Made by a program: the position numbers and the translations under genes
IMG/VR virus record: IMGVR_UViG_3300031413_000005
Location: 45,430-109,429 of that record
Direction: 5' to 3' (one strand)
DNA length: 64,000 nt
Origin: a virus
The notes under the pieces: generated by a model
The model's input: only the letters and a program-made list of their open reading frames with translations
Told to the model about the DNA's origin: nothing
The model's database searches: none
Shown here: piece after piece, positions 1 to 9,014 of the stretch
How the letters are laid out: each line of letters opens with the position of its first letter
How positions within the stretch are numbered: position 1 is the stretch's first letter

Positions 1-411
1 CTGGATCACGTCACCTTCCGTGCGACCGCGGCGCGGTGCGGTGCGGGTGGACTCGTTGAGCTCCAGGCCGAAGACCTCCCACATCGGCAGCTTGATCGCC
101 ATGCCGGGGCCGACCTCTGCGATCAGCTTTGCCTGGCGCTCGTTCTGAAGGCGCTCCTCGTTCTTGCGCGCGGTCTCGCGATCGATGTGCTGGCGCATCG
201 CTGCGTCGTATGCGGCCGACGTCAGCGGTGCGTCGGGAAACTGCTTGCGATACTCACCAACGAGAACCTCGGGGTCGGCCGCGCCGAGCTCACCGGTCTG
301 CTGGAGGTGCTTGCCGATGTGGTGGCTGGCGGCGCCGCACATGCGGCAAACGACCTGCCCATCGGGCGCGAGGTCGGTAGAAACTGGCTTGGTCATCGTT
401 GCGGTCGACAT
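1..411 (-). CDS. CobS/MoxR-like AAA+ ATPase, N-terminal part (runs off window)
   Basis: Not in the ORF track. ATG at 411 with GAGGAG RBS; MSTATMTKPVSTDLAPDGQVVCRMCGAASHHIGKH... (CxxC..H..H Zn finger). Lies directly downstream of the CobT-like vWA gene. The AAA domain itself is outside the window, so the call rests on synteny. Confidence 0.6.
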   Translation of the reverse strand, partial: MSTATMTKPVSTDLAPDGQVVCRMCGAASHHIGKHLQQTGELGAADPEVLVGEYRKQFPDAPLTSAAYDAAMRQHIDRETARKNEERLQNERQAKLIAEVGPGMAIKLPMWEVFGLELNESTRTAPRRGRTEGDVIQ

Positions 412-475
412 TCTGGTAACTCCTCGTGAACCGTCTTGCGCGGTGCATTCTCTCTAGCAGCGTTTTGAGCGCTTG

Positions 476-499
476 TGCATGGGTGTTGTTGACCATGCA
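476..499 (-). repeat. 24-bp dispersed motif
   Basis: tgcatg-ggtgttgttgac-catgca. Confidence 0.8.
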
Positions 500-509
500 C
501 AAAGAGCCG

Positions 510-1826
510 TCATTGAATCAAGAATTTTTTCAGCACGCCCATCAGCTTTGCGGGCATCTCGGCCACCTCGTTGATGACGAGCGAGTTAGGATAATAGCCC
601 TGCACGCCAGCGTATTTGATCCCGACACCGACCACATCGATCCCGGCCGCGGTGACCTCACGGACCATCTCGCCGGCATGCTGCTGGTAGGGGTGCGTCG
701 CGGGATTGACGCCGCGGTTCTTCTTGGGGTCAGCCTTGAGCGCAGCAGCGTCGGGGTGGAACACAGGCCCCATTGGTTTGCCGTCCGACATGACGATAAG
801 CATTTTGCGCTTCTGCGGTTGGGCGAGAAGACGGCGCGCTGCAAACTCGACCGAGCAGCCCTCGATCGTTCCGTTCATCGTGATGGCGCTGCGAGAGTCG
901 TGAACGGCAGCAAAGCGGCGCTGGACATCGAGATTGAAGGGCTCGTGAAATTCCTTGAAGCGGGGATACTCGAGCGGCGTCCAGCGCGTGATCGGCGCGA
1001 TGTCGTGCGCGCGCTGAACCTCGGCCTGATAGTCCGCGGTCGGCTGGAAAGTCATCGCGGTGGTATAGCCGACAACCTCGAAAGGGACGCCCACGCGCGT
1101 CAGCACAGATCCGAGCGCGTAAGCGGCGCGGACCGCAAGCGACATGGCTGACTGGTCCCAAGTGGACTGACCGCCGTTCTGCATCGAGCCCGAGCAGTCC
1201 AGCAGCAGCGTGATCGCGGTGTCGAGGGCAGGGGCCTCTTGCTTGCGGCTGAATACGCGATCGTCACCCGAGAGGACGCGATGCAGGTTCGGCGCGTGAA
1301 TGCGACCGCGGCGCTGACCGGGCAGGCGAACCGATTGCGTCTTGGCGGCGATCAGTCGCGTGATGTCTTTCTGAAGCGGACCGACCGCGGTTGCCGTTGC
1401 CGCCTGGATCTTGTCGAGCGTGACGCCGCGAGTGTTAATGTCGACGAGCTTGTCCAAGTCTTTCGTGAACACGCGGTAGGCGTGACTGCGATCCGAGAGC
1501 TGACGCTCGATGAACACGGACAGCATGTCGTCCATGTCGACCACGTCGGCTGCGCTGAACTCGATCGGCGTCTCGGGCGCATCATCGGCCCCGCCACCAG
1601 AGCCGCCCTCGTCCTCGATGTCGACACCGTCGTCAGCTTCCTCCCACGCGCTCAGCTGGTCCTCGAGCTCGCGCATCTCCTTGAGGTGATCCGCGAACGC
1701 GGTGCTGGATTTCTCAAGCGCCTTGAGCGCGGGCTTCTGCGCTTCAGGCCAGTCTTTCGAGTAAGGTCCGAACGTGTCGACGAGGTCGATTGCGGCGTCG
1801 ATTGCGATATTGAGGCTCACCGTCAT
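510..1826 (-). CDS. CobT-like C-terminal vWA (MIDAS) domain protein
   Basis: RGRIHAPNLHR...VFSRK, LLLDCSGSM (DxSxS), NGT, MLIVMSDGKP, VVGVGI. Confidence 0.85.
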   Translation of the reverse strand: MTVSLNIAIDAAIDLVDTFGPYSKDWPEAQKPALKALEKSSTAFADHLKEMRELEDQLSAWEEADDGVDIEDEGGSGGGADDAPETPIEFSAADVVDMDDMLSVFIERQLSDRSHAYRVFTKDLDKLVDINTRGVTLDKIQAATATAVGPLQKDITRLIAAKTQSVRLPGQRRGRIHAPNLHRVLSGDDRVFSRKQEAPALDTAITLLLDCSGSMQNGGQSTWDQSAMSLAVRAAYALGSVLTRVGVPFEVVGYTTAMTFQPTADYQAEVQRAHDIAPITRWTPLEYPRFKEFHEPFNLDVQRRFAAVHDSRSAITMNGTIEGCSVEFAARRLLAQPQKRKMLIVMSDGKPMGPVFHPDAAALKADPKKNRGVNPATHPYQQHAGEMVREVTAAGIDVVGVGIKYAGVQGYYPNSLVINEVAEMPAKLMGVLKKFLIQ

Positions 1827-3157
1827 TCCTTCATCAGCTTGGCGAGACCACGACGGGCCTCGCGCAACATTTCTTCCACTCGGTCAGCGCTCACGTTCAA
1901 TTCGCTCGCGATCTCGGTGACCGATTTCTTGCGTTTCTTATGCAAGAAAAGAGCGCGTCGAAGGGTGGGATCAAGCAACCCCAGCGCTTCCGTCATCGTG
2001 CGGTTGCGTTTCCCACCTTCGCCTGGGGCTGCGTCGTCTTCGGCGTCGGGCTCGTCGGCATCGTCTGGACGATCGCCCTCGTCGCGATCGCTGTCGGCAT
2101 CAGGAACAGGCTTGTCGCCTGGCTGATCGCTGGCTTCAGGTTCGCCTTCGTCACCGTCGCTATCGCCAGGCTCGTCATCGCCAGCATCATCAGCAGGATC
2201 GTCACCAGAACCGTCACCTTCCTCTGTGGCGTCAGCGTTATCGTCCCCAGCGGCGTCTGAATCATCTCCGGCATCGTCGTCGTCCTCATTGGTGGGCGAG
2301 CCGTCCTCGCCCTCGTCTGTATCATCGTCGCTCACGTCATCGCCGGGCTCAGAGCCTTCGGCGTCTTCGTCTTCGGAAGGCTCGGTCTCGCTCGGCTCGT
2401 CGTCATGCGTGCCTTCGCTGTCGTCCTCATCAGATCCCTCGCCGGGATCTTGTGAGTCCTCGTCGGCCTCCGGCTCGGGTTCGGGCTCTGGCGGGGCTGG
2501 AGGGGCCGGTGGGGGAGGCGGGGGCGTCAGCGCTTCCTTCAGCTTCTCCACGCACGCCAGCACGTCGTCGTAGGTCTCCATCGCGGCAACCTGCGCCCCA
2601 AAGCCAGGCAGTCGCTGCATCAGCGGCTCAACGATCGACCAGTAGCCCTTTTCGTCCATCAGCTGCTGGAACACCTTCTGCCCGCCAAGCGCGCGCATGG
2701 TCGGCATGAGCAACGCGGAGATCATGCGCTTCGGGTCACCAGACTTTGCGACGTCGTCGAGCATTGGCTGCACGATCAGCGGGAGCCAGTTGACATACAT
2801 GCGCTCAAGATTGTCCTTCGTCCCGGGCAGGTCGCGGGGCAGGAGCTTCTCGAGACGAATGTCCTCGAAGATGTTCGCGAAGGCGCCGCGTTCGGCGTCG
2901 ACCCGGCGATCTGGGATCTTGTCGAACGGCGTGTAGAAGATGTGGCCGACCTCGTGATCGAGGTAACCTTGGAGCGCATCGACGAGCAGCGCAGGGGCCT
3001 CGTCGGGGATCTCGGGCAGATTGAGACGCACGACCTTGCCCGTGTGTGGGTCAGCCGCCACAAACGGAGTTGCACCACGAAAGGTGACGGCTGTGCCCTC
3101 GTTCGTCAGCAGTCGCACGGTCCGTGCAAGTGCGTCCTTTCTCGATTGTGCCTTCAC
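1823..3157 (-). CDS. CobT-like N-terminal protein (HExxH), acidic linker, C-terminal sigma70 region-4-like HTH
   Basis: GYLDHEVGH, NIFEDIRLE, long D/E-rich linker, C-term RRALFLH..KSVTEIASELNVSADRVEEMLREARRGL; ATGA overlap with the vWA gene. Confidence 0.75.
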   Translation of the reverse strand: MKAQSRKDALARTVRLLTNEGTAVTFRGATPFVAADPHTGKVVRLNLPEIPDEAPALLVDALQGYLDHEVGHIFYTPFDKIPDRRVDAERGAFANIFEDIRLEKLLPRDLPGTKDNLERMYVNWLPLIVQPMLDDVAKSGDPKRMISALLMPTMRALGGQKVFQQLMDEKGYWSIVEPLMQRLPGFGAQVAAMETYDDVLACVEKLKEALTPPPPPPAPPAPPEPEPEPEADEDSQDPGEGSDEDDSEGTHDDEPSETEPSEDEDAEGSEPGDDVSDDDTDEGEDGSPTNEDDDDAGDDSDAAGDDNADATEEGDGSGDDPADDAGDDEPGDSDGDEGEPEASDQPGDKPVPDADSDRDEGDRPDDADEPDAEDDAAPGEGGKRNRTMTEALGLLDPTLRRALFLHKKRKKSVTEIASELNVSADRVEEMLREARRGLAKLMKE

Positions 3158-3169
3158 CGTATTCTCCGC

Positions 3170-3193
3170 TGCATGTGTGTCGTTACCTATGCA
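3170..3193 (-). repeat. 24-bp dispersed motif
   Basis: tgcatg-tgtgtcgttacc-tatgca. Confidence 0.8.
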
Positions 3194-3247
3194 CGTCTTA
3201 GCAGACGAGACCGCTCGCGCAAGTTGGCGGGCGGTCTCGATCGGTGG

Positions 3248-3424
3248 CTATAGAGGTTGGTGCGTGACGCGAATGCACACGCCGCCTGGTGAACGGTAAA
3301 TCAACCCCTTGGGGTAGTGAATCGCCACGCCTCCATCGCCCATCACCTGCCGGTGAAGATTCGATGCTGCGGCTTGTTCGTCTATCTCAGCAAACTCATC
3401 GATCGAGATGGCGTCAAGCGCCAT
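3248..3424 (-). CDS. small hypothetical protein
   Basis: ORF MALDAISIDEFAEIDEQ..., co-oriented with neighbours. Confidence 0.4.
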   Translation of the reverse strand: MALDAISIDEFAEIDEQAAASNLHRQVMGDGGVAIHYPKGLIYRSPGGVCIRVTHQPL

Positions 3425-3537
3425 GCCGGCTTCCCATCGACCAAAAGACTCCTGCACCCGCGACTCCTTCCAAGGGGTCGAGACGATGCAGGAGTTGAGG
3501 GAGGATTGCAACGAACAAAACGGGAACGAGTGTTCCT

Positions 3538-4137
3538 TTAGAGGTCCATAATCGCTTGCTTGAGAGCCTTGCGCTGCACCATCGACAGCCCGTTCTTGTT
3601 GATCTCGGGACGCTCGCTCCGAATCATGTCGAGCACGCCCATTTCCGGGACGCTGGCCCAGCGCCGCACTGCATTCCGATCGGCCGCTGCCTCACGGACT
3701 ACCGCGAACTGCTCAGCAGGCATGTCAGCGAGCGGAGCGCCGGATGCGGACTGGAGATCCTCGATCATCAGAGTTTCCTCGTCAACCCGGCCAGAGCGCG
3801 TCTTGGGGTCGCCTGCTGCCTTAGACAGCATGCGCCCGAAAGGTATCTGGGGGAAACGCTGTTCGAGCACGGCGAGCAGAAACTCGGGCGCATCGAGACG
3901 CAGCGTGCGAACGAAGTCCATTGCCCGCTCGACAGGGATTGGTGCTCGTCCGCTTGCCATGTGGCTAATGACCACCGACGACTTGTAGCCGAGCATGCCA
4001 GCTACGGTGCGCTGGCTAGTCCCGCTCTCTCGCTCGATGCGGTCGAGCCCAGCCGCGAACATACGGCAAGCCCGCGTGTTTGCGAGAGGGTAAGAACCCT
4101 CGTCTCGTTGTTCTGCCTTCAGCACTTTCGCTACCAT
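3538..4137 (-). CDS. XRE-like HTH protein, candidate repressor
   Basis: SQRTVAGMLGYKSSVVISHMASGRAPIP HTH; AAGGAG upstream; degenerate 24-bp motif in its leader. Confidence 0.65.
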   Translation of the reverse strand: MVAKVLKAEQRDEGSYPLANTRACRMFAAGLDRIERESGTSQRTVAGMLGYKSSVVISHMASGRAPIPVERAMDFVRTLRLDAPEFLLAVLEQRFPQIPFGRMLSKAAGDPKTRSGRVDEETLMIEDLQSASGAPLADMPAEQFAVVREAAADRNAVRRWASVPEMGVLDMIRSERPEINKNGLSMVQRKALKQAIMDL

Positions 4138-4459
4138 GATCGTTACGTCGCTCCTTTTCTTCTTCTTGTTGTGTTGTACGCTATGCACCTGCTTGTTAGC
4201 TAATCAACACACACCGCGCAAGACGGCTCACATGACAAATGGTTCAGTTTATCGATAAGCCAATCGACAAATCGACCACAAAAACCAGAACGTATAGAGA
4301 ACAACACACACTGGTATCGCAGGAATGCGATAGTTTACCGTTCTTCCCGAACGGCAAGTCCATGGTGATGAATTTCTGTGATCGAGATAATCGTCTGCTT
4401 CCCCAGCGAGGCGCGTGGAGCCCCGTAGGGGTGGAGCGCAGCGCGCCTCGCCCGTTAGA

Positions 4460-4669
4460 GAGAATCTGTTATTGATTCTGTTAAGTAAGTTAAGGTCAAA
4501 ATCGGCTTGCAAAATCAGTCACTTACAAGGGTTTCTGTAAGCGATAGACGAGTCAATGGAAGCGATAGACGAGCCGAATGCAAGCGATAGACGAGTCGAT
4601 ATGCAAGCGAAAGACGAGTCGATCTGGCAAATGTAAGCGATAGACGAGTCGATGTAAGCGAAACGCGTC
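4460..4669. other. plasmid replication origin: AT-rich region plus iteron array
   Basis: 19-bp repeats TG(C/T/G)AAGCGATAGACGAG(T/C)C at 4536, 4557, 4579, 4602, 4632 and a degenerate copy at 4653, spaced 21-30 bp, next to an AT-rich tract 4460-4535 and to repA. Confidence 0.85.
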
Positions 4670-5752
4670 TCACTGCGGCTCGGAGGCTCCCTTTTTGGCA
4701 ACCAGCGACTTCACGAGGTCAGGGAATGAGGCAAAATCGGCCGCGGTGACCGGATCGTCGATATGCTCAGGCGCAAAACGCGGTTCGACTCGTCTTTCGC
4801 TTACATTCGGGGCCGTCTCGACTCGTGTATCGCTTGCAATCTGAGCCGTGCGACGGGTGACTCGTCTATCGCTTGCGTTGGCTCGACGATGGAAGACAAC
4901 CTTGAGTGCCTTCAGCCCGCGGACCAGCTTAGCATCGACCAGCGCGGTGTCGCTCTTGTCGCCAGCAAGGGACAGTGAGATCTGATACTCTGGCAGGTCA
5001 TTTGCCTGAACGATGTCCAGCACCACCTGCTTGAAGTAGCGAGTGTTCTTATCCTCGTACCCGATCTTTTCCGCCAAACGCAGCAGGTTGATCGACCAGG
5101 TAGGTTGAGTGCCGCAGTGTTTGCGCGCCAGCTCGTAGACCCGACGAGCGATCCCCGAGGTAAGCTTGAAATAACCGGCGTCGATTGAGAGGATCGTTCT
5201 GTCTTCGACGATCTGGCGCCAAAGCCAGTCCTCCATCTCGACCTCGACCATGCCGGTCACTTTGCGGCCGTTAGGCAGCTCGCGTTCTGTCAGTTTCCCC
5301 GACTTGATCCACGAGAAGAATCCTTTTTCGTTGGTCGATGCGCCGGTCTTGATGTTGGTTCGGATCGTGGTCGACTGGAGCCGGTCGAGCGCAGCTTCGA
5401 GATCCTGATAAGCTCGACCTCCCGTGGACCGGCCGCAGCTGACGAAGAAGTCGTGGGCGTGGAAGCGAACGCGCTGGGAAACGGGCACTCCCTCATTCAT
5501 GCAGCGGTTAATGTGGCTCGCGACGAAGATCAGGAGATCCTTGTCCCAGATCGTAGCGAGTCCCTCGGGTCCAGGCCGCACCTCGAACCTGACTTTACCG
5601 TCGTCGTAGATCCGCTTCTCCATCACCTTCGTCTTGGAGATTGAGAAAAAGGGGAACTCCATCAGGTTCGTGATGTCTCGGAAGCTGACGCGATCCTGGC
5701 GATCCAGAAAGAGGTCAGGCGTTTCAACGATCTGGTTCACGGGCGCTCCCAA
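4670..5752 (-). CDS. repA: plasmid replication initiator (RepA/RPA family)
   Basis: LMEFPFFSISK, GLATIWDKDLLIF, GRSTGGRAYQDLEAALDRL, YFKLTSGIARRVYELARKHCG; flanked by iterons. Confidence 0.9.
   Translation of the reverse strand: MGAPVNQIVETPDLFLDRQDRVSFRDITNLMEFPFFSISKTKVMEKRIYDDGKVRFEVRPGPEGLATIWDKDLLIFVASHINRCMNEGVPVSQRVRFHAHDFFVSCGRSTGGRAYQDLEAALDRLQSTTIRTNIKTGASTNEKGFFSWIKSGKLTERELPNGRKVTGMVEVEMEDWLWRQIVEDRTILSIDAGYFKLTSGIARRVYELARKHCGTQPTWSINLLRLAEKIGYEDKNTRYFKQVVLDIVQANDLPEYQISLSLAGDKSDTALVDAKLVRGLKALKVVFHRRANASDRRVTRRTAQIASDTRVETAPNVSERRVEPRFAPEHIDDPVTAADFASFPDLVKSLVAKKGASEPQ
4787..4877 (-). repeat. three inverted iterons inside the repA 3' end
   Basis: GACTCGT(C/G)T(T/A)TCGCTT(A/G)C at 4787-4805, 4820-4838, 4859-4877 is the reverse complement of the iteron. 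Confidence 0.85.
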
Positions 5753-5848
5753 TGCAAGCGATAGACGAGCGGGCCTAGCGCGAATGCAAGGGATAGACGA
5801 GCCCTAAATGCAAGCGATAGACGAATCTTTGCAAGGGATAGACGACTG
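5753..5848 (+). repeat. four iterons over the repA promoter/start
   Basis: TGCAAG(C/G)GATAGACGA at 5753, 5785, 5809, 5830. Confidence 0.85.
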
Positions 5849-5901
5849 AGGTCCGGGTTCGATAAGAGAGATTATGTGAAATTGATCTATGGACTGGCCG
5901 A

Positions 5902-6381
5902 TTAGCCGTCTAGCTCACACGACCCGTGCTTGATCGCCTTGGACGACACCAGCTTCGCATTCTCGATCCCGAGCCCCAGGAAATTGTGGTTGCCATAGTC
6001 ATGAGCGACAATGCGGCCGTCAAGCATGCCGAAGTTCGAGGGCTTCAGGTCGGCAAGGAACGCCGGCACGCGCTTTAGCTCGTTCCACTGCTCGCGCGTT
6101 GGCGGCATCGTGCGGTGCTGGACCAAGACAGCGCCGTAGCCGTCGATCGAGACGCACGGTGCGAACCACTTCTCCCACTTGGTCCCCTGGACCTCTTGCC
6201 AGATGCTCCACTCGTGGGCGTTCGAGAACGTCATCCCGCGAGCTTCGATCTTGAGGACCAGGTGATCGGCGTGGCGCATCCGGTAGACGTCGCGATAAGC
6301 CCCAGAGCCGACGAACGCGCCGGTCAGCGCCGACAGCGCGCAGTCCTTCAGCTTCTCGTGGTAGCTCCAGATGGTGCTCAC
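5902..6381 (-). CDS. minimal protein-kinase-like protein
   Basis: GSGAYRDVY, LVLKIE, NAHE, DLKPSNFG and HDYG motifs in 159 aa. Confidence 0.65.
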   Translation of the reverse strand: MSTIWSYHEKLKDCALSALTGAFVGSGAYRDVYRMRHADHLVLKIEARGMTFSNAHEWSIWQEVQGTKWEKWFAPCVSIDGYGAVLVQHRTMPPTREQWNELKRVPAFLADLKPSNFGMLDGRIVAHDYGNHNFLGLGIENAKLVSSKAIKHGSCELDG

Positions 6382-7463
6382 TTGTAGGGGTTCCTGATCT
6401 TGATCTTCATGGCGAGGGAGCGGCTGTAGGATCGCGCGTTGGCGATCGCGTACCGGACGACATGCGGCTCGACTTCGTTGGGGTCGCAGCCCTTCGGGAG
6501 GAAGGCGATGCGCATGGCAAAGCCGTAGCGGGTGAGCTGTTCGGCTGCGTTGAGAGCTGCGGTCAGAGCATCGGGCGTTCCGTCCCAGATGATCGTGATG
6601 ATCTTGAGACCGGCGTCGCGCAGCGCGAGCAGCGCGGTGAGCTGGTTCGGCCCCTCGCCGGTCAGCGTCAGGTTTTTGCCGAACGAGCCGACGGGGATGA
6701 TCGAGCGCATGGTGTGGTCCTGGTCGAGCGCCGCCTTGGTGGCGATGACGTCGAACGCGCCCTCCCCCATGGCTATGTGACTCGCCCCAACCGCGTTGTG
6801 CCCGTTGTAGAGGAAGCGTGCGGTGCCAGGCAGGCGCTTGGGGAACAGGTATTTGCGATCAGTCTCGAGCGTCGGTAGCGCGCGGCCCTGGAACGTGACC
6901 AGCGTGCGATCGAGATCCCAGATGGGGATCAGGATGCGCCCCGAAAACACCGTGCGGCGCTTCTCTCCTGCCTCGTCGTTGTAGAAGAACGCGCCGTCAT
7001 GGCAGTAGCGCAGGCCGAAATAGCGCGCGAGGTCGTTCGAGATGTTGCGCTCGACGAGATAGGGCAGCGTGCGGCCGTCAGGCGTCGGGAGCTCGATCGA
7101 GTTGGGGAGCTTTACCGCGCCGTCGAGCGCTGGCGCCGAGATGCGCTTCTCGCGGCGCTTGGGCTTCCAGCCGCCCAGGCCGGCGATCTCGTCGAAGCTC
7201 TTGCCGATCGTCTTGCTATCGTCGGTCCCCAGCAGCGCCTTGACGAAGCTCCACATATTGTAGGGGCCGCATTTGAAGCAGTTGCCCAGGCCGGTGTCCT
7301 CGCCGAGGTAGACCTTCCAGTCGCTCGTGCCACAGCGCGGGCAGGACTTGATGTTGAACTGCGGGCCAGAGCGGCCCGACACGGGACCGCGGTACTCGAT
7401 GCCGTGATGGTCGAGCATCTCCACGCACGAGACCTGGTCATAGCCGCGATCGGGGTTCGTCAC
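6378..7463 (-). CDS. DNA primase (Zn finger + TOPRIM)
   Basis: CPRCG...CFKCG, GRILIPI, FQGR, EGAFD, WDGTPDA, DPNE. Confidence 0.9.
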   Translation of the reverse strand: MTNPDRGYDQVSCVEMLDHHGIEYRGPVSGRSGPQFNIKSCPRCGTSDWKVYLGEDTGLGNCFKCGPYNMWSFVKALLGTDDSKTIGKSFDEIAGLGGWKPKRREKRISAPALDGAVKLPNSIELPTPDGRTLPYLVERNISNDLARYFGLRYCHDGAFFYNDEAGEKRRTVFSGRILIPIWDLDRTLVTFQGRALPTLETDRKYLFPKRLPGTARFLYNGHNAVGASHIAMGEGAFDVIATKAALDQDHTMRSIIPVGSFGKNLTLTGEGPNQLTALLALRDAGLKIITIIWDGTPDALTAALNAAEQLTRYGFAMRIAFLPKGCDPNEVEPHVVRYAIANARSYSRSLAMKIKIRNPYK

Positions 7464-7624
7464 GCGTGCGCCACCCGGTAGCCCTCACCTGGCGGCGAGC
7501 AGCATGGGCATGGCTCGATCGACATATCATAATGCGACCCGATCACCCCGCGACCGCCGCAACGGATGCAGTGTCCGAACACCAGCGAGACGAGCTGAAT
7601 TAGTGCATGTGTTACGTTCACCAT
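7460..7624 (-). CDS. small Cys-rich protein (54 aa)
   Basis: MVNVTHALIQ...CIRCGG...PCPCC; exactly fills the helicase-primase gap; starts inside a 24-bp motif. Confidence 0.5.
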   Translation of the reverse strand: MVNVTHALIQLVSLVFGHCIRCGGRGVIGSHYDMSIEPCPCCSPPGEGYRVAHA

Positions 7625-7627
7625 TCA
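7604..7627 (-). repeat. 24-bp dispersed motif
   Basis: tgcatg-tgttacgttcac-cattca. Confidence 0.65.
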
Positions 7628-8959
7628 CTCCTTGCCAACGAAACTGGTGATGAATCGCATGCAGTCGATTTGCTGATTGAACCGCAGCCGCAGCCCGCCC
7701 TCGGTGTTTCGCATTTCTGAGAAGTAGAGGACGACCTCACCGTTCTGCTTTTCCTCCGGGCTCGCGTTGATCGTGATGAGCACGTCGGCCAGTCGAACCT
7801 TGTCGTAATCCTCCGCAGCGTCCGTGCCGTCGGTGACGTTCTTTGCGGCCTTCTTGGTGCCCTCTCGGTTCGTCTGCGTGGCGGTCAGCAGCGCGACGTT
7901 GAAGTCCTTGGCGAGCGCGCGCAGGTCGCGGAAGATCTGCGACAGCTCGTGGCGCTTGTCGCTCTCGCGGCGCTCGGAACACATGATGTCGCCGTAGTCG
8001 ACCACGACCAGATCGAAGATGATCCCGTCGGCCTCGAAGCGCTTCAGGATGCGGCGCAGCTCGGAGACCTTGAGGGTGCCGGTTGCGAAATCCTGGATCT
8101 CGAGCTCGCCGGCGCCGATCGCCCAGCGCGATACCGACGCGTCGACCTCGCTGCTGCGGGAGCGGAGCTCCTTGACCGGGACGCCCGATACGTTGGCGTC
8201 AGCGCGGTCCTCGATGATCTCCTTGGACACTTCGCACGAGGCGTAGAATACGTTCTTGCCCGATGCAGCCGCGCCCACGGCGAAGCCGACCATCGCCGCG
8301 GTCTTGCCCGACTTCGGCGGTCCCATGAGGATCGACATCTCCTTGCGCCCCCAGCCGTTGTGCGGGAACAGAAACTTGTCCAGGTCAGCGTTGCCGGTGC
8401 TGATGCCAGTCGGGACCGCGGTGCCGGCGAGCAGCGCTGCGCGGTTCGCGGTACGCTCCTGCCGGCGCTTGGCGAAGTTGTTCGAGCGCGCGACGTCGGC
8501 CGCACCGACCTGGAACGCGTTGGTCATCTGGACCGCGCCCTTCTCGATCTCAGCCTGCTTGCCGTCGACCAGCGCGTCAGCCATCACCATCGTCGCGTTC
8601 TCGATCGCCTTGGTGCGGGCGAACTCTGCGATCTTGTCGATGACGAACGGGCGATCGTTAGGGTCGCACGAACCCGCGCCGTAGAGCACGCCGAGCAGAC
8701 GCTTGGCTTCTGCAGGGTCGGCGATTTGGATCTGCTTCTTGGCGACCGCGTCCTTATACGCCTGGACGTATGCGGTCAGCGTGGGGCACGCGCGATACCG
8801 GGTCCAATAATCCTTCTGGACCCATACGAGCTGCTGGAGCGTCTCGTTCTCGAAATAGGCCGGCTCGATGAGGCCCTCGATCGTGTGACCGAAGGCGTCG
8901 TCGCGCAGGTAAAAGGATGCTACCTTCTCTTGGAAGGCAGCGTCGAACGTGTAGGCCAT
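7625..8959 (-). CDS. DnaB-like replicative helicase
   Basis: GPPKSGKT Walker A, VVVDYGDI, TATQTNR. Confidence 0.9.
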   Translation of the reverse strand: MAYTFDAAFQEKVASFYLRDDAFGHTIEGLIEPAYFENETLQQLVWVQKDYWTRYRACPTLTAYVQAYKDAVAKKQIQIADPAEAKRLLGVLYGAGSCDPNDRPFVIDKIAEFARTKAIENATMVMADALVDGKQAEIEKGAVQMTNAFQVGAADVARSNNFAKRRQERTANRAALLAGTAVPTGISTGNADLDKFLFPHNGWGRKEMSILMGPPKSGKTAAMVGFAVGAAASGKNVFYASCEVSKEIIEDRADANVSGVPVKELRSRSSEVDASVSRWAIGAGELEIQDFATGTLKVSELRRILKRFEADGIIFDLVVVDYGDIMCSERRESDKRHELSQIFRDLRALAKDFNVALLTATQTNREGTKKAAKNVTDGTDAAEDYDKVRLADVLITINASPEEKQNGEVVLYFSEMRNTEGGLRLRFNQQIDCMRFITSFVGKE

Positions 8960-8968
8960 CAATGCCCC

Positions 8969-8992
8969 TGCATGTGTGTTGTTGACTATGCA
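8969..8992 (-). repeat. 24-bp dispersed motif
   Basis: tgcatg-tgtgttgttgac-tatgca. Confidence 0.85.
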
Positions 8993-9014
8993 CTAGCGCC
9001 CAAGGTTGGGGCGG

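Noticed and set aside
1-3157. Cobalamin biosynthesis (cobaltochelatase) function
   Set aside because: No cobN or other cob genes in the window; phage CobS/CobT-like pairs are generic AAA+/vWA modules.
4481-4493. CtrA box in the origin (TTAAgtaagTTAA)
   Set aside because: Spacing is 5 nt rather than the canonical 7.
4536-4669. Iteron array as a CRISPR array
   Set aside because: Gaps between repeats are only 2-11 bp, there are no cas genes, and the array flanks repA.
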